Positions 1 to 15,293 of a DNA stretch of 64,000 bases are shown piece by piece. The position numbers and the translations under genes are program-made. The notes beneath the pieces were generated by a model. That model had not been told where the DNA came from, did not search any database, and saw only the letters and a program-made list of their open reading frames with translations. Source of the DNA: Marine Group II euryarchaeote MED-G38 (GTDB lineage Archaea; Thermoplasmatota; Poseidoniia; Poseidoniales; Thalassarchaeaceae); NCBI GenBank assembly GCA_002457145.1, contig NTJP01000009.1:3216-67215 (forward strand), in the 5' to 3' direction. Positions within the stretch are counted from its first letter, which is position 1; each line of letters opens with the position of its first letter.

Positions 1-265
1 TAAGTGCATAACCATCAACCCCGGCAGTTGTCCTAATGGTTGCATTAGCAACTTGTCTAGCAGCTTCTAATGCACTGTCTCTAATTTGACATGGATTATC
101 GGCCTTTAATTCAATTGTTACTTTAAATTCTCCTGCTTCAGCTCTTTTCCTATTGCCCATATGATAACGCAGAATCCTATTATTTGGCACACCACCAGTG
201 TACTTTCTCCTAGTAAATGCTTGTCCCTTTATTTGACGATACATTACTGCTGGTTTACGTGCCAT
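1..265 (-). CDS. rpl10e: 50S ribosomal protein L10e (uL16), N-terminal part; 3' end lies beyond window start
   Basis: Manual reverse translation from ATG at 265: MARKPAVMYRQIKGQAFTRRKYTGGVPNNRILRYHMGN..., matching the archaeal L10e N-terminus pattern (MYR..K..AYTR..Y..GVP). Not in ORF track because it is open at the window edge. Confidence 0.85.
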   Translation of the reverse strand, partial: MARKPAVMYRQIKGQAFTRRKYTGGVPNNRILRYHMGNRKRAEAGEFKVTIELKADNPCQIRDSALEAARQVANATIRTTAGVDGYAL

Positions 266-328
266 GGGATGAACCTCTTTTGCTGGCGACTAACCTCCCG
301 TATTTAATAATGAGGCAATTATATGGGA

Positions 329-1297
329 TTAATTAGAATGACTATTCATTCTTTCGTCTTCCTTTTGTACTTCTCTTACTCCAATAACAATCATTGTAAA
401 ACCGATTATCATCGACATACTAATATTTTCTTCTAGTAGTGCCCAACCAGTTAATACTCCAAATACTGGAACTAAGAATATGTATGAAGAAGCTGAGGTT
501 GGGCCAATTCTTTCTATTCCCATGGCGAACCATACATATGCTAAAACTGTAGAAAATGATCCTAAATATAAAATCATTAATATTTCCGTTTTAGATGGTT
601 GAGGAAGTGGATTACCTATTATTTCATAGAACATCCATGGACTTAACAATAACCAACCTATAAATGAATACCAAATTACTATTTCTGTTGCCGTTATATT
701 TATTTCATTCTTTTCTTGTATTGTTATTTTTGTAATTATCGAGCTCGCTGCGAAAGATAAAGCAGCAACAATTATCATTAAGTCCCCCAGAATTCTTTCA
801 TCAAAGGGTATTTCCGTATTAGGGCTCCACCCTATGATAATAATTACACCAATTATGCTAAATAATAATCCAAATAATATTCTTTTACTTATCTTTTGAC
901 CAAGCATTGGATATGCTAATAAGACTGTAAAAACTGGATTAATTGGAATTATTAGCGAAGCATCACCTGCTGCTGTCCATTTCATTCCATGCATAAAGAA
1001 TAATTGATAAATCATAACGGCTAATGCACCCAATACTATCATTGATCTCCAAGTATATTGGTCAGGAGGCAGGAATCTAACATTATCTCCAACCATCGAT
1101 TTACATAAATACCAAAAATAGAACATTATAACTACAATCGCATATCTTAGCCATGCAGCAGTTGCAGGACCTAAATTAGCAGGAGTATCAGAATCTATTC
1201 CATTGCTAAGTACTCTCCCAGCGGTCCATGAAGAACCCCATATTATCGCAACACATAGAAGAAGAAAATGAGTGCCAATATTGTTTTTTATAGGCAC
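329..1297 (-). CDS. DMT superfamily (EamA-like) transporter, about 10 TM segments
   Basis: 322-aa highly hydrophobic ORF with two-fold internal organisation typical of EamA/DMT permeases. Confidence 0.75.
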   Translation of the reverse strand: MPIKNNIGTHFLLLCVAIIWGSSWTAGRVLSNGIDSDTPANLGPATAAWLRYAIVVIMFYFWYLCKSMVGDNVRFLPPDQYTWRSMIVLGALAVMIYQLFFMHGMKWTAAGDASLIIPINPVFTVLLAYPMLGQKISKRILFGLLFSIIGVIIIIGWSPNTEIPFDERILGDLMIIVAALSFAASSIITKITIQEKNEINITATEIVIWYSFIGWLLLSPWMFYEIIGNPLPQPSKTEILMILYLGSFSTVLAYVWFAMGIERIGPTSASSYIFLVPVFGVLTGWALLEENISMSMIIGFTMIVIGVREVQKEDERMNSHSN

Positions 1298-1300
1298 TAA

Positions 1301-2539
1301 CTAATCACCTACGAGGTCTAAAATTTTCCTCATAAACATGGGATCTGTAATTTTTGATATTTCAGGGTTAAGAATCTCTCCTCCGGTAAAAGTTGCCAAG
1401 GCCACTGCAGTCATCGCTATCCTATGATCCAGATGCGTTTCGACTGGATTTTCAGGTTTTTTCGGTTTTTGTTTTCCTTTAATTATTAATCCGTCTTGGG
1501 TTATCTCACAATTCATCCCAAAAACTTTCAAGAGCTCGGCGGTTTTTTCTATTCTGTTAGATTCTTTTCCCTTAGCATGCTTAGCTCCTACAATTTTACC
1601 TCCTTGCCTAATCGCTAATATAGCTGCAGCAGGAGTTATGAAATCACTACAATCTCTTAGATCAAGAATATTTTCCTCTTTATTTCTAATCATTTCAATT
1701 GAATCAGATAAAAAGCCACTTTTTCCTAAGTTATCAATGGTGAACTCAACATCATGGAGTTCTGACATAAGGATAGCAATTGGAATAAGACTAATTTCTT
1801 GGGGTATTTCGATAATTTCAGGGATTTTCAAATTATTATTCCGAAGAATTATTGTATTATCTCCTTTTTCTAAATAAATACCACACTTTTCAATAATTTC
1901 AAATGTTAATTTACTATAGTTTCTACTTACTGATTTTCCAGTATATTCAATTATAATTTCTCTCTGAGATTTATGTAAAGCCATTACCAGGGCGGAAAGT
2001 GGCTGACTACTAATTTCAGTATTTACAGATATTCGATGAAATCTTATGGGGCCTTTAATTGTAAATGGTGGTTTGTTGGATGTTATAGAGGCTCCATTGG
2101 CAGCCAATGTATTATTTATTTCTGAGAAATCTCTATTTCTTAGAGAATCATCTCCATCTATAGTTACTTCTTTGTCTAATAAGGAAACCATTGCAGTGAC
2201 AAAATTAGCTGTAGTGCCCGAGTTACCACAATCTAAAATATTATTTCTGATATCACTTTTTAACAAAGCTACTCCCCTAATTTTCCACTCATTATCAGAT
2301 TGAGATACTTTCACTCCGAAACTCTCCATGCATTTTTTCATAGATTTTATATCATCCCCGGGCTCTCCATTAAATCTAATTATTGTTTCTCTTTCATTCT
2401 GAGATGTTATTGCCAACCACCTTATCATATGACTTTTTGAAGGAGGTAAATTCCATTCAACTGGGCCTTTTAATTTCATTGGCTTCATACTTAGCATACT
2501 ATCTCTCCATAATGCGCCATTAATCTCAGTGTCTATCAT
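1301..2539 (-). CDS. aroA: 3-phosphoshikimate 1-carboxyvinyltransferase (EPSP synthase)
   Basis: 412 aa with 'LPPSKSHMIRWLAI', 'CGNSGTTANF', 'DHRIAMTAVALA' EPSP synthase signatures. Confidence 0.9.
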   Translation of the reverse strand: MIDTEINGALWRDSMLSMKPMKLKGPVEWNLPPSKSHMIRWLAITSQNERETIIRFNGEPGDDIKSMKKCMESFGVKVSQSDNEWKIRGVALLKSDIRNNILDCGNSGTTANFVTAMVSLLDKEVTIDGDDSLRNRDFSEINNTLAANGASITSNKPPFTIKGPIRFHRISVNTEISSQPLSALVMALHKSQREIIIEYTGKSVSRNYSKLTFEIIEKCGIYLEKGDNTIILRNNNLKIPEIIEIPQEISLIPIAILMSELHDVEFTIDNLGKSGFLSDSIEMIRNKEENILDLRDCSDFITPAAAILAIRQGGKIVGAKHAKGKESNRIEKTAELLKVFGMNCEITQDGLIIKGKQKPKKPENPVETHLDHRIAMTAVALATFTGGEILNPEISKITDPMFMRKILDLVGD

Positions 2540-3367
2540 TTATTCTCTTATGAAATTTCCAAAATCAGATTCCCCATCCCAATTCTTGGCTTTATCATCA
2601 ATTATACTTTTTTCTAATGTATTTTCTATTGAAGTATCTATTTTTACTAAATTATTCTTGTACAATATATTAGGGCTTAAACCAGGTAATAATATTGCTA
2701 TCACTCTTGGCACTCTTCCAGGATAAACTTCGTTAACATGATTGACAATATTAGTAGTACAAGTATTTGTGATAGTATTATACCACTCCGGACTATTAAA
2801 TAATTTATTTGTTCTATTAAGATAAGATTCTAACATTCTTCTTTCATTACCTGGTCCCAATACAATCGCTTCAAATAGGTGCGTTACTGATTTTCTTCTG
2901 CATCTAGTTCTGACGCCTATGACGTCCCTTTCAGTTGCCCAGACATAAATCAACTCATACTGCTTAAAAAATCCTCTAATTGGATGATATTTTTCACCTC
3001 TTTCCCTTCTTACTTCTATTGAACAACATATTCTACTTCCATCTTTGAATTCAAATCCTAAAATTGTATGAGCCATTTGTCTCTTCTTTGGATCAAAATA
3101 TTCCAAAATAAACCATATCTTAGTTACTTCATTCAAATTAAATTTCTTTTCAATCCATCTTTCATCATAATCTCTTGTACTTCTCCAATTAAAATCTCTG
3201 ATATTTTTTATTGTGACAAAATCCCCTTCATAATCTGCATTAGCAAGTTTATCATTATCATTTACCCAAGATCTATCATTAGACGGTTTAAGCATCAGAT
3301 AGCGTATAAATAATGAGGACACTACAACTCCCGCGAATACCATTAGTATGCTCTGTATGGCACTCAT
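2540..3367 (-). CDS. N-terminally anchored conserved protein, DUF4105/Lnb-N-like (tentative)
   Basis: 275 aa, one N-terminal TM. The core 'AHTILGFEF..GSRICCSIEVRRERGEKY..YELIYVWATERDVIGVRT' resembles the DUF4105 family from memory. No search was run. Confidence 0.45.
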   Translation of the reverse strand: MSAIQSILMVFAGVVVSSLFIRYLMLKPSNDRSWVNDNDKLANADYEGDFVTIKNIRDFNWRSTRDYDERWIEKKFNLNEVTKIWFILEYFDPKKRQMAHTILGFEFKDGSRICCSIEVRRERGEKYHPIRGFFKQYELIYVWATERDVIGVRTRCRRKSVTHLFEAIVLGPGNERRMLESYLNRTNKLFNSPEWYNTITNTCTTNIVNHVNEVYPGRVPRVIAILLPGLSPNILYKNNLVKIDTSIENTLEKSIIDDKAKNWDGESDFGNFIRE

Positions 3368-3413
3368 GGAATATCTGTATGTATGGTGAAACTTGAACTT
3401 ACTCCTATACAGG

Positions 3414-3500
3414 TGGCGCGGCAGGGGAGATTCGAACTCCCGCGGTGAAACACCAATGGATTAGCAATCCATCGCAATGGCCAGGCTATGCGACTGCCGC
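3414..3500 (-). tRNA. tRNA-Ser (anticodon GCU), CCA encoded
   Basis: Hand fold: acceptor GCGGCAG/CTGCCGC, anticodon stem ATGGA/TCCAT with loop TTGCTAA, long variable arm GGTG-TTT-CACC, T-arm GGGAG-TTCGAAT-CTCCC, then G-CCA. GC-rich island in an AT-rich context. Confidence 0.9.
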
Positions 3501-3545
3501 AACGCGCCTCGCACTTCAGATGGCCGCTTAAGTAGAGCGGTATCA

Positions 3546-8257
<4,712 letters not shown>

Positions 8258-8415
8258 TTTGACAACAAATAACCTAGCGTAAGGGGGTTATTCAACCCTT
8301 GCAAAACTTATGCTAAAATCTTTCAAATTAATATGTTTTTTCATGTTTACAGGAGTTTTTGAGAAAATTAAATCACACGACATAATTAAACAGAAAACTA
8401 AACTCGCCTCCAAGT

Positions 8416-9213
8416 ATGGATATGCCGATGGTATGCGTTACTTTGAGGGGGTGCACTATTAGTGAGGTCCTAAAAGATGCAGCAAGCGCTACTGCAATCG
8501 GTGCTGATTTAGTTGAAGTAAGGCTGGATCTATTGTGGACTAAAAAAGAAATTACTCTTGCTGAAGTAGGGGAAGAAAAAGATGTTACAAAATCAAAAAA
8601 GAATATACTTTTTATACCTCAAGACTTTAATCATTTAGATTTAGATTCTGTACTTATTTCACTGAGACAAGGCATTGTCTTACCTGTGATTCTGACTTGT
8701 AGGCCGAAAAAGGAAGGAGGTTATTTTCCAGGAACTGAAGAACAAAGGCTAGAAGTATTGAAAAAAGCAATAGAAAGTGGAGTAAGTTGGATAGATTTAG
8801 AGATTGATATCGCCTCCAAAGAAAGATCGAAATTATGTGATTTAGCAAAAAAAGGTGGAACTAAAATTATTGCTTCATCACATGTATTCGATGATTCTCC
8901 AGATTCAAAAGAAATAATTAGAGATGTGAAGGATAATATCAATGCCGGAGATATAATAAAAATTTGTTATCAATCTTCAGGAAGATCTGATGGAATAAAT
9001 CTATTCGAAGCTGCTTGGGATTTGAGAAATTCAGATATCAAAACCTCTATCATGGGTGTCGGCCAAGCAGGGGACTGGAACCGTATCCATTCACCTATTT
9101 TAGGACAAGCAATAGTTTATTCAACCATAGAAAATGGTTGGCACTTGGCACAAAAAGGTATGATTAATACTGCAGATCTTAAAACTGCGTGGGAAATGCT
9201 AGAGTATCAATAA
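8416..9213 (+). CDS. aroD: 3-dehydroquinate dehydratase, type I
   Basis: 265 aa with 'ADLVEVRLDLL', 'ILTCRPKKEGG' and 'SSH' typical of type I DHQase, plus an internal insertion. Confidence 0.75.
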   Translation: MDMPMVCVTLRGCTISEVLKDAASATAIGADLVEVRLDLLWTKKEITLAEVGEEKDVTKSKKNILFIPQDFNHLDLDSVLISLRQGIVLPVILTCRPKKEGGYFPGTEEQRLEVLKKAIESGVSWIDLEIDIASKERSKLCDLAKKGGTKIIASSHVFDDSPDSKEIIRDVKDNINAGDIIKICYQSSGRSDGINLFEAAWDLRNSDIKTSIMGVGQAGDWNRIHSPILGQAIVYSTIENGWHLAQKGMINTADLKTAWEMLEYQ

Positions 9214-9227
9214 TTCATTAATTGAAC

Positions 9228-10103
9228 TTATTCTAAAAATGGAATCTGTTCTGGGATTGAATCTTTATTGTCTTTTTTTGCACCATTTTTATATGCTATA
9301 TGAAGTATTATCGGTATGACTATACAAGAAATTGGTAATGAACCAATTAATAGATATGCTGTAAACGGAGGTATTGATAATCTTTTTTCTACTTCTACCA
9401 ATATTTCCGCATTCATATCATCGCCAATTGAACCAAAATCATTAGGTCTACTATTGTCCCAACCATCTAGTACCAAATAGTAATCATTTGCCGACTCATC
9501 CCCAAATATTGATGTCCATGAAGAACCAGTGGAATCTATGCCAACTGAAAATTGTTTATATTTCTCTCCTTCATATGCATGAACATCTCTAAATGGGACC
9601 CATGTGAACATGTCTCTCCATTCTACAGGTATTTCTTCTATATATTGTGCCATATCTTCCCACTCTCTACTATTGTACTCTGTCTTATAAGAATCCCAAT
9701 TACTTTTAGTCATCAAGTATACATCTCCTTTGGCTATGGTAGAATTACTGTCTATTGTAGGGCTAAATGTTATGCAAAAATTATACTTATATCCAGCCAT
9801 CAATTTCATACTTATTGCCGTAGCCCCGCCATTTTCAATAACAACTTCATATGCAAAGTCTTGCTTCAAAGGAGCCTTTGATTCTGAAAACCCAAATGAT
9901 TCATCAAAAATAGGCATATTACTTCCTGAATCTACATTATGCATTGTTACTGCTTCTTCTACATTCCAAGAACTATCAATAGAAACTTCACAATCATTTG
10001 CTGCATCTACACTATTGATAGTAGAATTAGTAATAAAAATAACTATTGGTAGAATTATTATAATATTTGTTATAATTGCAAAGAAACTATTTTTATTCTT
10101 CAT
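9228..10103 (-). CDS. Secreted/membrane-anchored hypothetical protein (N-terminal signal/anchor, C-terminal TM)
   Basis: 291 aa. The ATG overlaps the stop of the upstream 1371-aa gene (ATGA, 10100-10103), so it is probably co-translated. No recognisable catalytic motif. Confidence 0.6.
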   Translation of the reverse strand: MKNKNSFFAIITNIIIILPIVIFITNSTINSVDAANDCEVSIDSSWNVEEAVTMHNVDSGSNMPIFDESFGFSESKAPLKQDFAYEVVIENGGATAISMKLMAGYKYNFCITFSPTIDSNSTIAKGDVYLMTKSNWDSYKTEYNSREWEDMAQYIEEIPVEWRDMFTWVPFRDVHAYEGEKYKQFSVGIDSTGSSWTSIFGDESANDYYLVLDGWDNSRPNDFGSIGDDMNAEILVEVEKRLSIPPFTAYLLIGSLPISCIVIPIILHIAYKNGAKKDNKDSIPEQIPFLE

Positions 10104-13100
10104 CTCTCGCGCCTCGTTCTAATAGGACGAACATATCCTGATTCCTTATTCTTTCGTTCTTCTAAAGTCAAATATTTTGGTTGAGGAGGAGGATTATGCT
10201 GATCCATTCCTGGTAACCCACCTTCTAATTTTACCTCTACTCCATAAGTCTCCATCATGTCGATAGCATCAATTTCATCTTCATTCTTTTGTCTCATCAC
10301 AAACCATCCAAGTATCAATACAATTGCAACTAAACTAAGTATTCCAAAACTTTCTTTATCTGGTATGAAATCATCCAAAGTAAGATCTGACAATGTTTTT
10401 GGAGAATTATCTTCAGTTGTAGAAAGCACTGTTATTACAAAATCTTTTGAAGAACATACTCCAACTCCATCGCAGACCTCGACAGATATTCTAGAATCTC
10501 CTGGAGTATCCCAATTCCTATTTTCGAAATTAATCCAATCATTTCTATAGTTCCCATCAAAATTAGAATCTTCAAAAACATTAAAATCCCATTTTATCTT
10601 TAATTGATCTGTCAGGTCTACGTCCTTGTCATTTGTCATATTACCATCTCCATCAGAGTCTTCATACGCATCATTATCCATCCAAGCGATGACTCCCGAA
10701 GACAAATCATAATCAGAAACTTCAACATTTAAATTGATTACATCTCCAACTGTTACGTATTCATTTCCTATTGGATTTAGAGTTAGAATATCTGGTGAAC
10801 TAGAAACATGTACAGTTAGATATGTACTATTCGATTCTCCACCTTCAAAATTATCTAACACGGTGAATTTAATTGTGTATATTCCTGGTAATTCATAGCT
10901 ATGCCAAACCATTGGTCCTAATATTTCAGGCGAGGAGTCTCCAAAGTCCCAAATCCATTTTGTAATCCCACTCCAATCGGGGTCGTTTAAATCAAGAGAA
11001 TCTTTACCGATAAATTTAGCATCTGAATCATAACTTTTAGTACCATCAAATATTATTGGCATATTAGGGGCAATAAAAATTCCTCCTCCTTCTAAATTAG
11101 GAACTTGCCAAGTAATATTTCCAGTATTTTCAGGTACATATTCCAAAATGGAACCATTCAGACTTGGTTGTCTAAATTCCAATATGGGGATAGGTAGTGG
11201 ATTTTCAATTTTGAAATAATAGGTCTTGGATGCCGATGATAATCCTTTATCATCTATTACTGTTAGACTTACAAAGTATAGCCCTGGTATTGCAAAGGTT
11301 CTACTTATTGAATTTACATCATAAATAGATTCATCCATATCAGAAATATTCCATACATGGACTAGAGCAGAAGAATCTCCGTCAGCATCAAAAGATGAAC
11401 TCTGAAAGACATATGCTGTACTTGTCATTCCATCATCAGGACGATTGAATATCGCAACAGGTCTTTGATTATTAACTTCAATAATTAAATCGATACTTGT
11501 ATAATTTCCATCATCATCAGTTACCTGTAAAGTAACATTCTTTAATCCCGGTTCTAACCAACTAATCTTAGGATTTGACTGAATGGATTTTGTCTCTGAA
11601 AAATCTGATGTTAAGTCAACTCCTGAATTAGAAATATTTACTCCTCCTTCAAAGAACCATTCATATTCAACGATTATCCCATCATCATCAGTGAAAATTT
11701 CAGGCATTTCCAAAGGAGTTAGGGTATCCGTTTGTAAACTATCTTCAAATATTTGTCTTGGAACTCTATTTAGGATATTGACTTGTATTGTACGTTCTGC
11801 GTAGTGTTTACCATCAAAAATTGTCAGACTAAGTTGATATGACGTGCCATCTGAATCGCCATCCACCCAAGAGTGATATGCTTCAAAAAAACCTTCTCCA
11901 GATTCAATTATTCCATCGCCCCAGTTCCAAGTATAATTCAACCTTTGTAAAGGAACATTATCTAATGAATTGATAGCAGAAAATCTTATATTTTGAAATG
12001 TTAGAATAGTAATCTCATCTTCTATATCTACTCCTGCTACAGTAATTATTGGTATAGGCGTAGATGAATCATTTACTATAACGTCCCAAATTTGTATCCC
12101 TGAGTAATATCCTCCTTGATCTTGAATGATTAATGTAATTTGATATTCTCCCTCTTCTTCATAAATATGTATAGGATTTTTCAGTCCTGAAAATTCTCCA
12201 TTACCTAAATCCCATATGTATCCTATTGGAGTCTCATTATTTGTAAAAGAGCCATTGATGTCTCCAAAGCCCCAAAGATCATAACCTCCTCCATATATAT
12301 TCAAAGGTGTCCATGTTTGGGTGAGATTTGTGGCAATGGATCCTGATGCTTCTGGCTTCATATTTTCCAGATATACGGGGAGAGAGAAAGCTGAATCTTG
12401 ACTTTCTCCTGTAATATCATATATTTCTACTCCAAAAGTCCATTCTCCTGTTGTAGGAGGTGTAAACCAAATTATCTCTACTTCTGTTTCTCCATTTCCA
12501 GCAATAACCTCCAATTCTATGGTATCCTTTATTGTATTATTTATATACGCTGCAAATTCTACTTGAATTATTTCGAAGAAAGCATATGAGATGACTTCAA
12601 AACTTAATTCTACGCTATCCTCAAATCCATCTTCATCTCTATCAAAAATATCTATTGAATCTATTGTAACTTCTGCTGGTTCACTAATTAAATCCGCATA
12701 AACTGTTAAAGAAGCTGTAGGATATGATCCTGACATTATTCCACAATTGACAAAATTATAATCACAATCATCCGTTAATGAATTATACCAAACAAACAGG
12801 TAAACATCACTAGTACTATTTCCAAAGCTATGTACCAATCCTGTTCCTATTCCAGTTGCTGGATCTATTCTTAATTTTGACATTGCCCATGTTCCAGTGG
12901 CTGCTTCTTTTACTAGAATAGTTCCAACAAATCCAAATTGTGTAGGTAAAACCATCAAATTTAATGGTTTTCCATCGCCCTGACTAAATTTATAAGATTT
13001 CATCCCCCAACCTTCAATACTTTCAGATTCGCTTTGCCAACCATTTAGCCATTGGTTATTTTCTCCACTTAGTTGTGCTTTGCAAATTGTTCCTGTATTA

Positions 13101-14215
13101 CACTCGGAGGTCAAATCTAGATTAGAAAAACCAAATACTCCTTGAGGGCTGTCTAGTGAAACTGCCGCACTAAAATTCGCAAAAATATCATTCATTGTTG
13201 TCCCTATTGCCGTTGAACCCGGTTCTGGATTTATTGCCAGATTTTCTATAGAGGAACCACCAACTGCAGTATCAGCGACTAGTCTTTGAATAGCCTCTCC
13301 TCCGCCTAATTTATCTGAAATATACATCAAAAATAAGAACCCTGCTCCATAATCGGCAATTCTATCATTCCACCATCTGACACTTAGACTGGAGTTTTGT
13401 GCCCATTCATTAGCATGATAACTTAGCGTATCTGTAGTTCCAAAACACAAATACGCTGCCATATCTGCTGCTCCTTCATCAATCCATAAATATTCAAACG
13501 GATCTCTTGAATTATGTAAAAGATGTTCAAATTCATGGGCTAATATTGTATTTCGAGAATTCATATCATCTATGTCAAAGTAAAGACTTTCTCTGATGGA
13601 AGATATGCCCGGTTGAAAATACCCTCCTGTACCCCCAACTCCATCTATTTCATAAATCACGATTTCTATTTGGCAATTATTGTCTACATCTGGAGGATTT
13701 CCAAAATAATATGTATCTGTTGGATAAATGGTTGTTTCCCAAGTCGAAACTATATCATTTAGAGTCGTCGATGAAACGATTTTACCATTTTCAACAAAGA
13801 TAGCTGAGTTCGCAGAAATTCTCTGTACCGTAGCAGTAATCGTACCTCCGGAAGTTGATATATTGTCACTCTCTCCGATACTCCATGCATTCTCGCAACT
13901 TCTAATGGAGCTACCAGATTGTCCCTCATCTGAAAATGGTAATATTAGTCCTGGATATTCAGCATCTGACCATTGTTTTTTTAGAAAACTAGTTGCAGAG
14001 AAGACAGATAAATCATCACCGTTAAACATGTATTCCTTTCCCTCAGTAGTAGGGGAGAATTCAGAGAGGTCTGTTTTAATGATTTTTGAATCTTGTGTAT
14101 CAGATAATTCTTCCGAAAAAACACAAGGAGTAAAAATAGATAATGCCAGTACTGAAGTTAACAAAACCGAAATCAGTGATTTAGTTTTGATATTATTGGC
14201 CGACATACTGTTCAC
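10100..14215 (-). CDS. Giant cell-surface zinc metalloprotease (HExxH, gluzincin-like) with multiple PKD repeats and a C-terminal TM anchor
   Basis: 1371 aa. Signal peptide ('..IFTPCVFS/EE'); 'ILAHEFEHLLH...WIDEGAADM' metalloprotease motif. At least 5 PKD-like repeats ('YIWDLGNGE..', 'YTWNWGDG..', 'WIWDFGDSS..' and others). TM 'FGILSLVAIVLILGWFVM' with a basic tail. Confidence 0.8.
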   Translation of the reverse strand: MNSMSANNIKTKSLISVLLTSVLALSIFTPCVFSEELSDTQDSKIIKTDLSEFSPTTEGKEYMFNGDDLSVFSATSFLKKQWSDAEYPGLILPFSDEGQSGSSIRSCENAWSIGESDNISTSGGTITATVQRISANSAIFVENGKIVSSTTLNDIVSTWETTIYPTDTYYFGNPPDVDNNCQIEIVIYEIDGVGGTGGYFQPGISSIRESLYFDIDDMNSRNTILAHEFEHLLHNSRDPFEYLWIDEGAADMAAYLCFGTTDTLSYHANEWAQNSSLSVRWWNDRIADYGAGFLFLMYISDKLGGGEAIQRLVADTAVGGSSIENLAINPEPGSTAIGTTMNDIFANFSAAVSLDSPQGVFGFSNLDLTSECNTGTICKAQLSGENNQWLNGWQSESESIEGWGMKSYKFSQGDGKPLNLMVLPTQFGFVGTILVKEAATGTWAMSKLRIDPATGIGTGLVHSFGNSTSDVYLFVWYNSLTDDCDYNFVNCGIMSGSYPTASLTVYADLISEPAEVTIDSIDIFDRDEDGFEDSVELSFEVISYAFFEIIQVEFAAYINNTIKDTIELEVIAGNGETEVEIIWFTPPTTGEWTFGVEIYDITGESQDSAFSLPVYLENMKPEASGSIATNLTQTWTPLNIYGGGYDLWGFGDINGSFTNNETPIGYIWDLGNGEFSGLKNPIHIYEEEGEYQITLIIQDQGGYYSGIQIWDVIVNDSSTPIPIITVAGVDIEDEITILTFQNIRFSAINSLDNVPLQRLNYTWNWGDGIIESGEGFFEAYHSWVDGDSDGTSYQLSLTIFDGKHYAERTIQVNILNRVPRQIFEDSLQTDTLTPLEMPEIFTDDDGIIVEYEWFFEGGVNISNSGVDLTSDFSETKSIQSNPKISWLEPGLKNVTLQVTDDDGNYTSIDLIIEVNNQRPVAIFNRPDDGMTSTAYVFQSSSFDADGDSSALVHVWNISDMDESIYDVNSISRTFAIPGLYFVSLTVIDDKGLSSASKTYYFKIENPLPIPILEFRQPSLNGSILEYVPENTGNITWQVPNLEGGGIFIAPNMPIIFDGTKSYDSDAKFIGKDSLDLNDPDWSGITKWIWDFGDSSPEILGPMVWHSYELPGIYTIKFTVLDNFEGGESNSTYLTVHVSSSPDILTLNPIGNEYVTVGDVINLNVEVSDYDLSSGVIAWMDNDAYEDSDGDGNMTNDKDVDLTDQLKIKWDFNVFEDSNFDGNYRNDWINFENRNWDTPGDSRISVEVCDGVGVCSSKDFVITVLSTTEDNSPKTLSDLTLDDFIPDKESFGILSLVAIVLILGWFVMRQKNEDEIDAIDMMETYGVEVKLEGGLPGMDQHNPPPQPKYLTLEERKNKESGYVRPIRTRRER

Positions 14216-14264
14216 TCACTGTATAAATGTAATTTGCTGGGCCGAAAGACATATCTTAACGTCA

Positions 14265-15293
14265 ATGGAGCATTGTTCATACATACTGTATAATAATAAA
14301 TTTAAAAAATTATTTTCTTGTATATTAATAATTATTTTATTACCTAATAATTCTTCAGCATCTTCTCTTTGTACCGATGATCAAATAGACTTCAAAATAC
14401 TAAACATTATTGATCATCAACCTGATTCATTCACTCAAGGATTAGAGATTAAAGGGGCTAGATTATTTGAAACTACTGGGCTTTATGGAAATTCTAGTCT
14501 TAGAGAATTAAATATAACCTCTGGAGAAATTTTACGCCAAAAAAACTTTGATTCCAATGTATTTTCTGAAGGAATATCGATATTTAACAATTCAATAATT
14601 ATGCTTACCTGGATGGGGCAACATGCAAAAATATTTGATATTGATACTTTTGAATTAATAGGAAATTACAACTATACCGGAGAAGGATGGGGATTGTGCA
14701 ATAATGGAGATTTCTTCATTATGTCTAACGGTTCATCAATTTTATCATTTAGAAATGTAAATGATTTCACTGTATCTTCAACAATAACAGTAACTGAAAA
14801 TAATAAAGAAATTATTAACATTAATGAATTGGAGTGTGTAGGAGATTTAATTTATGCTAATATTTGGAATGAAAATAGAATAATTTCTATTAATAGTACT
14901 AATGGTATCGTTCAGGATTCTATAAATTTAGAATCACTATCATACAACCAAAAAGATCCAAACTCAGTTTTAAATGGAATCGCTTACTCTGAACAAGATA
15001 ATTATTTTTTATTGACTGGAAAAAATTGGGAAAATATGTACTCTATTAATTTTTTTCCATCCAATGAATCCTTTAGCCCTTGTAATAATTCGAATTTAAT
15101 ATCAAATAACAATCAAATTGAAGATTATTTTACATTCAATCTCCTCTTCTCTTTAATTAGTCTAATTGCAATTACTATATTTGTGATGCCCGGTTCATGG
15201 CCCGCTTTCACTTTTTTATTTTATAGATCATTTATGCGACAACATGAACAGCCGCCCATCTCTGGGGATGCCGTTGAGGGGGGTGAAGATTAA
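14265..15293 (+). CDS. Glutaminyl-peptide cyclotransferase (plant/bacterial beta-propeller type), signal peptide and C-terminal TM anchor
   Basis: Track ORF 13728..15293 trimmed to the in-frame ATG at 14265, because the upstream part is antisense to the protease gene. 'HQPDSFTQGLEIKGARLFETTGLYGNSSLRELNITSGEIL' matches the Glu_cyclase_2 pattern. Confidence 0.75.
   Translation: MEHCSYILYNNKFKKLFSCILIIILLPNNSSASSLCTDDQIDFKILNIIDHQPDSFTQGLEIKGARLFETTGLYGNSSLRELNITSGEILRQKNFDSNVFSEGISIFNNSIIMLTWMGQHAKIFDIDTFELIGNYNYTGEGWGLCNNGDFFIMSNGSSILSFRNVNDFTVSSTITVTENNKEIININELECVGDLIYANIWNENRIISINSTNGIVQDSINLESLSYNQKDPNSVLNGIAYSEQDNYFLLTGKNWENMYSINFFPSNESFSPCNNSNLISNNNQIEDYFTFNLLFSLISLIAITIFVMPGSWPAFTFLFYRSFMRQHEQPPISGDAVEGGED

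Noticed and set aside
13728-14264. 5' extension of the 521-aa ORF (13728..15293), giving a long protein antisense to the metalloprotease gene
   Set aside because: The first 179 codons are antisense to a well-supported 1371-aa gene and have no motif. Glutaminyl cyclase homology and a signal peptide begin at the in-frame ATG at 14265. The same reasoning applies to the upstream extensions of the ORFs at 28032, 31592, 52959, 48416 (minus) and 42143 (minus).
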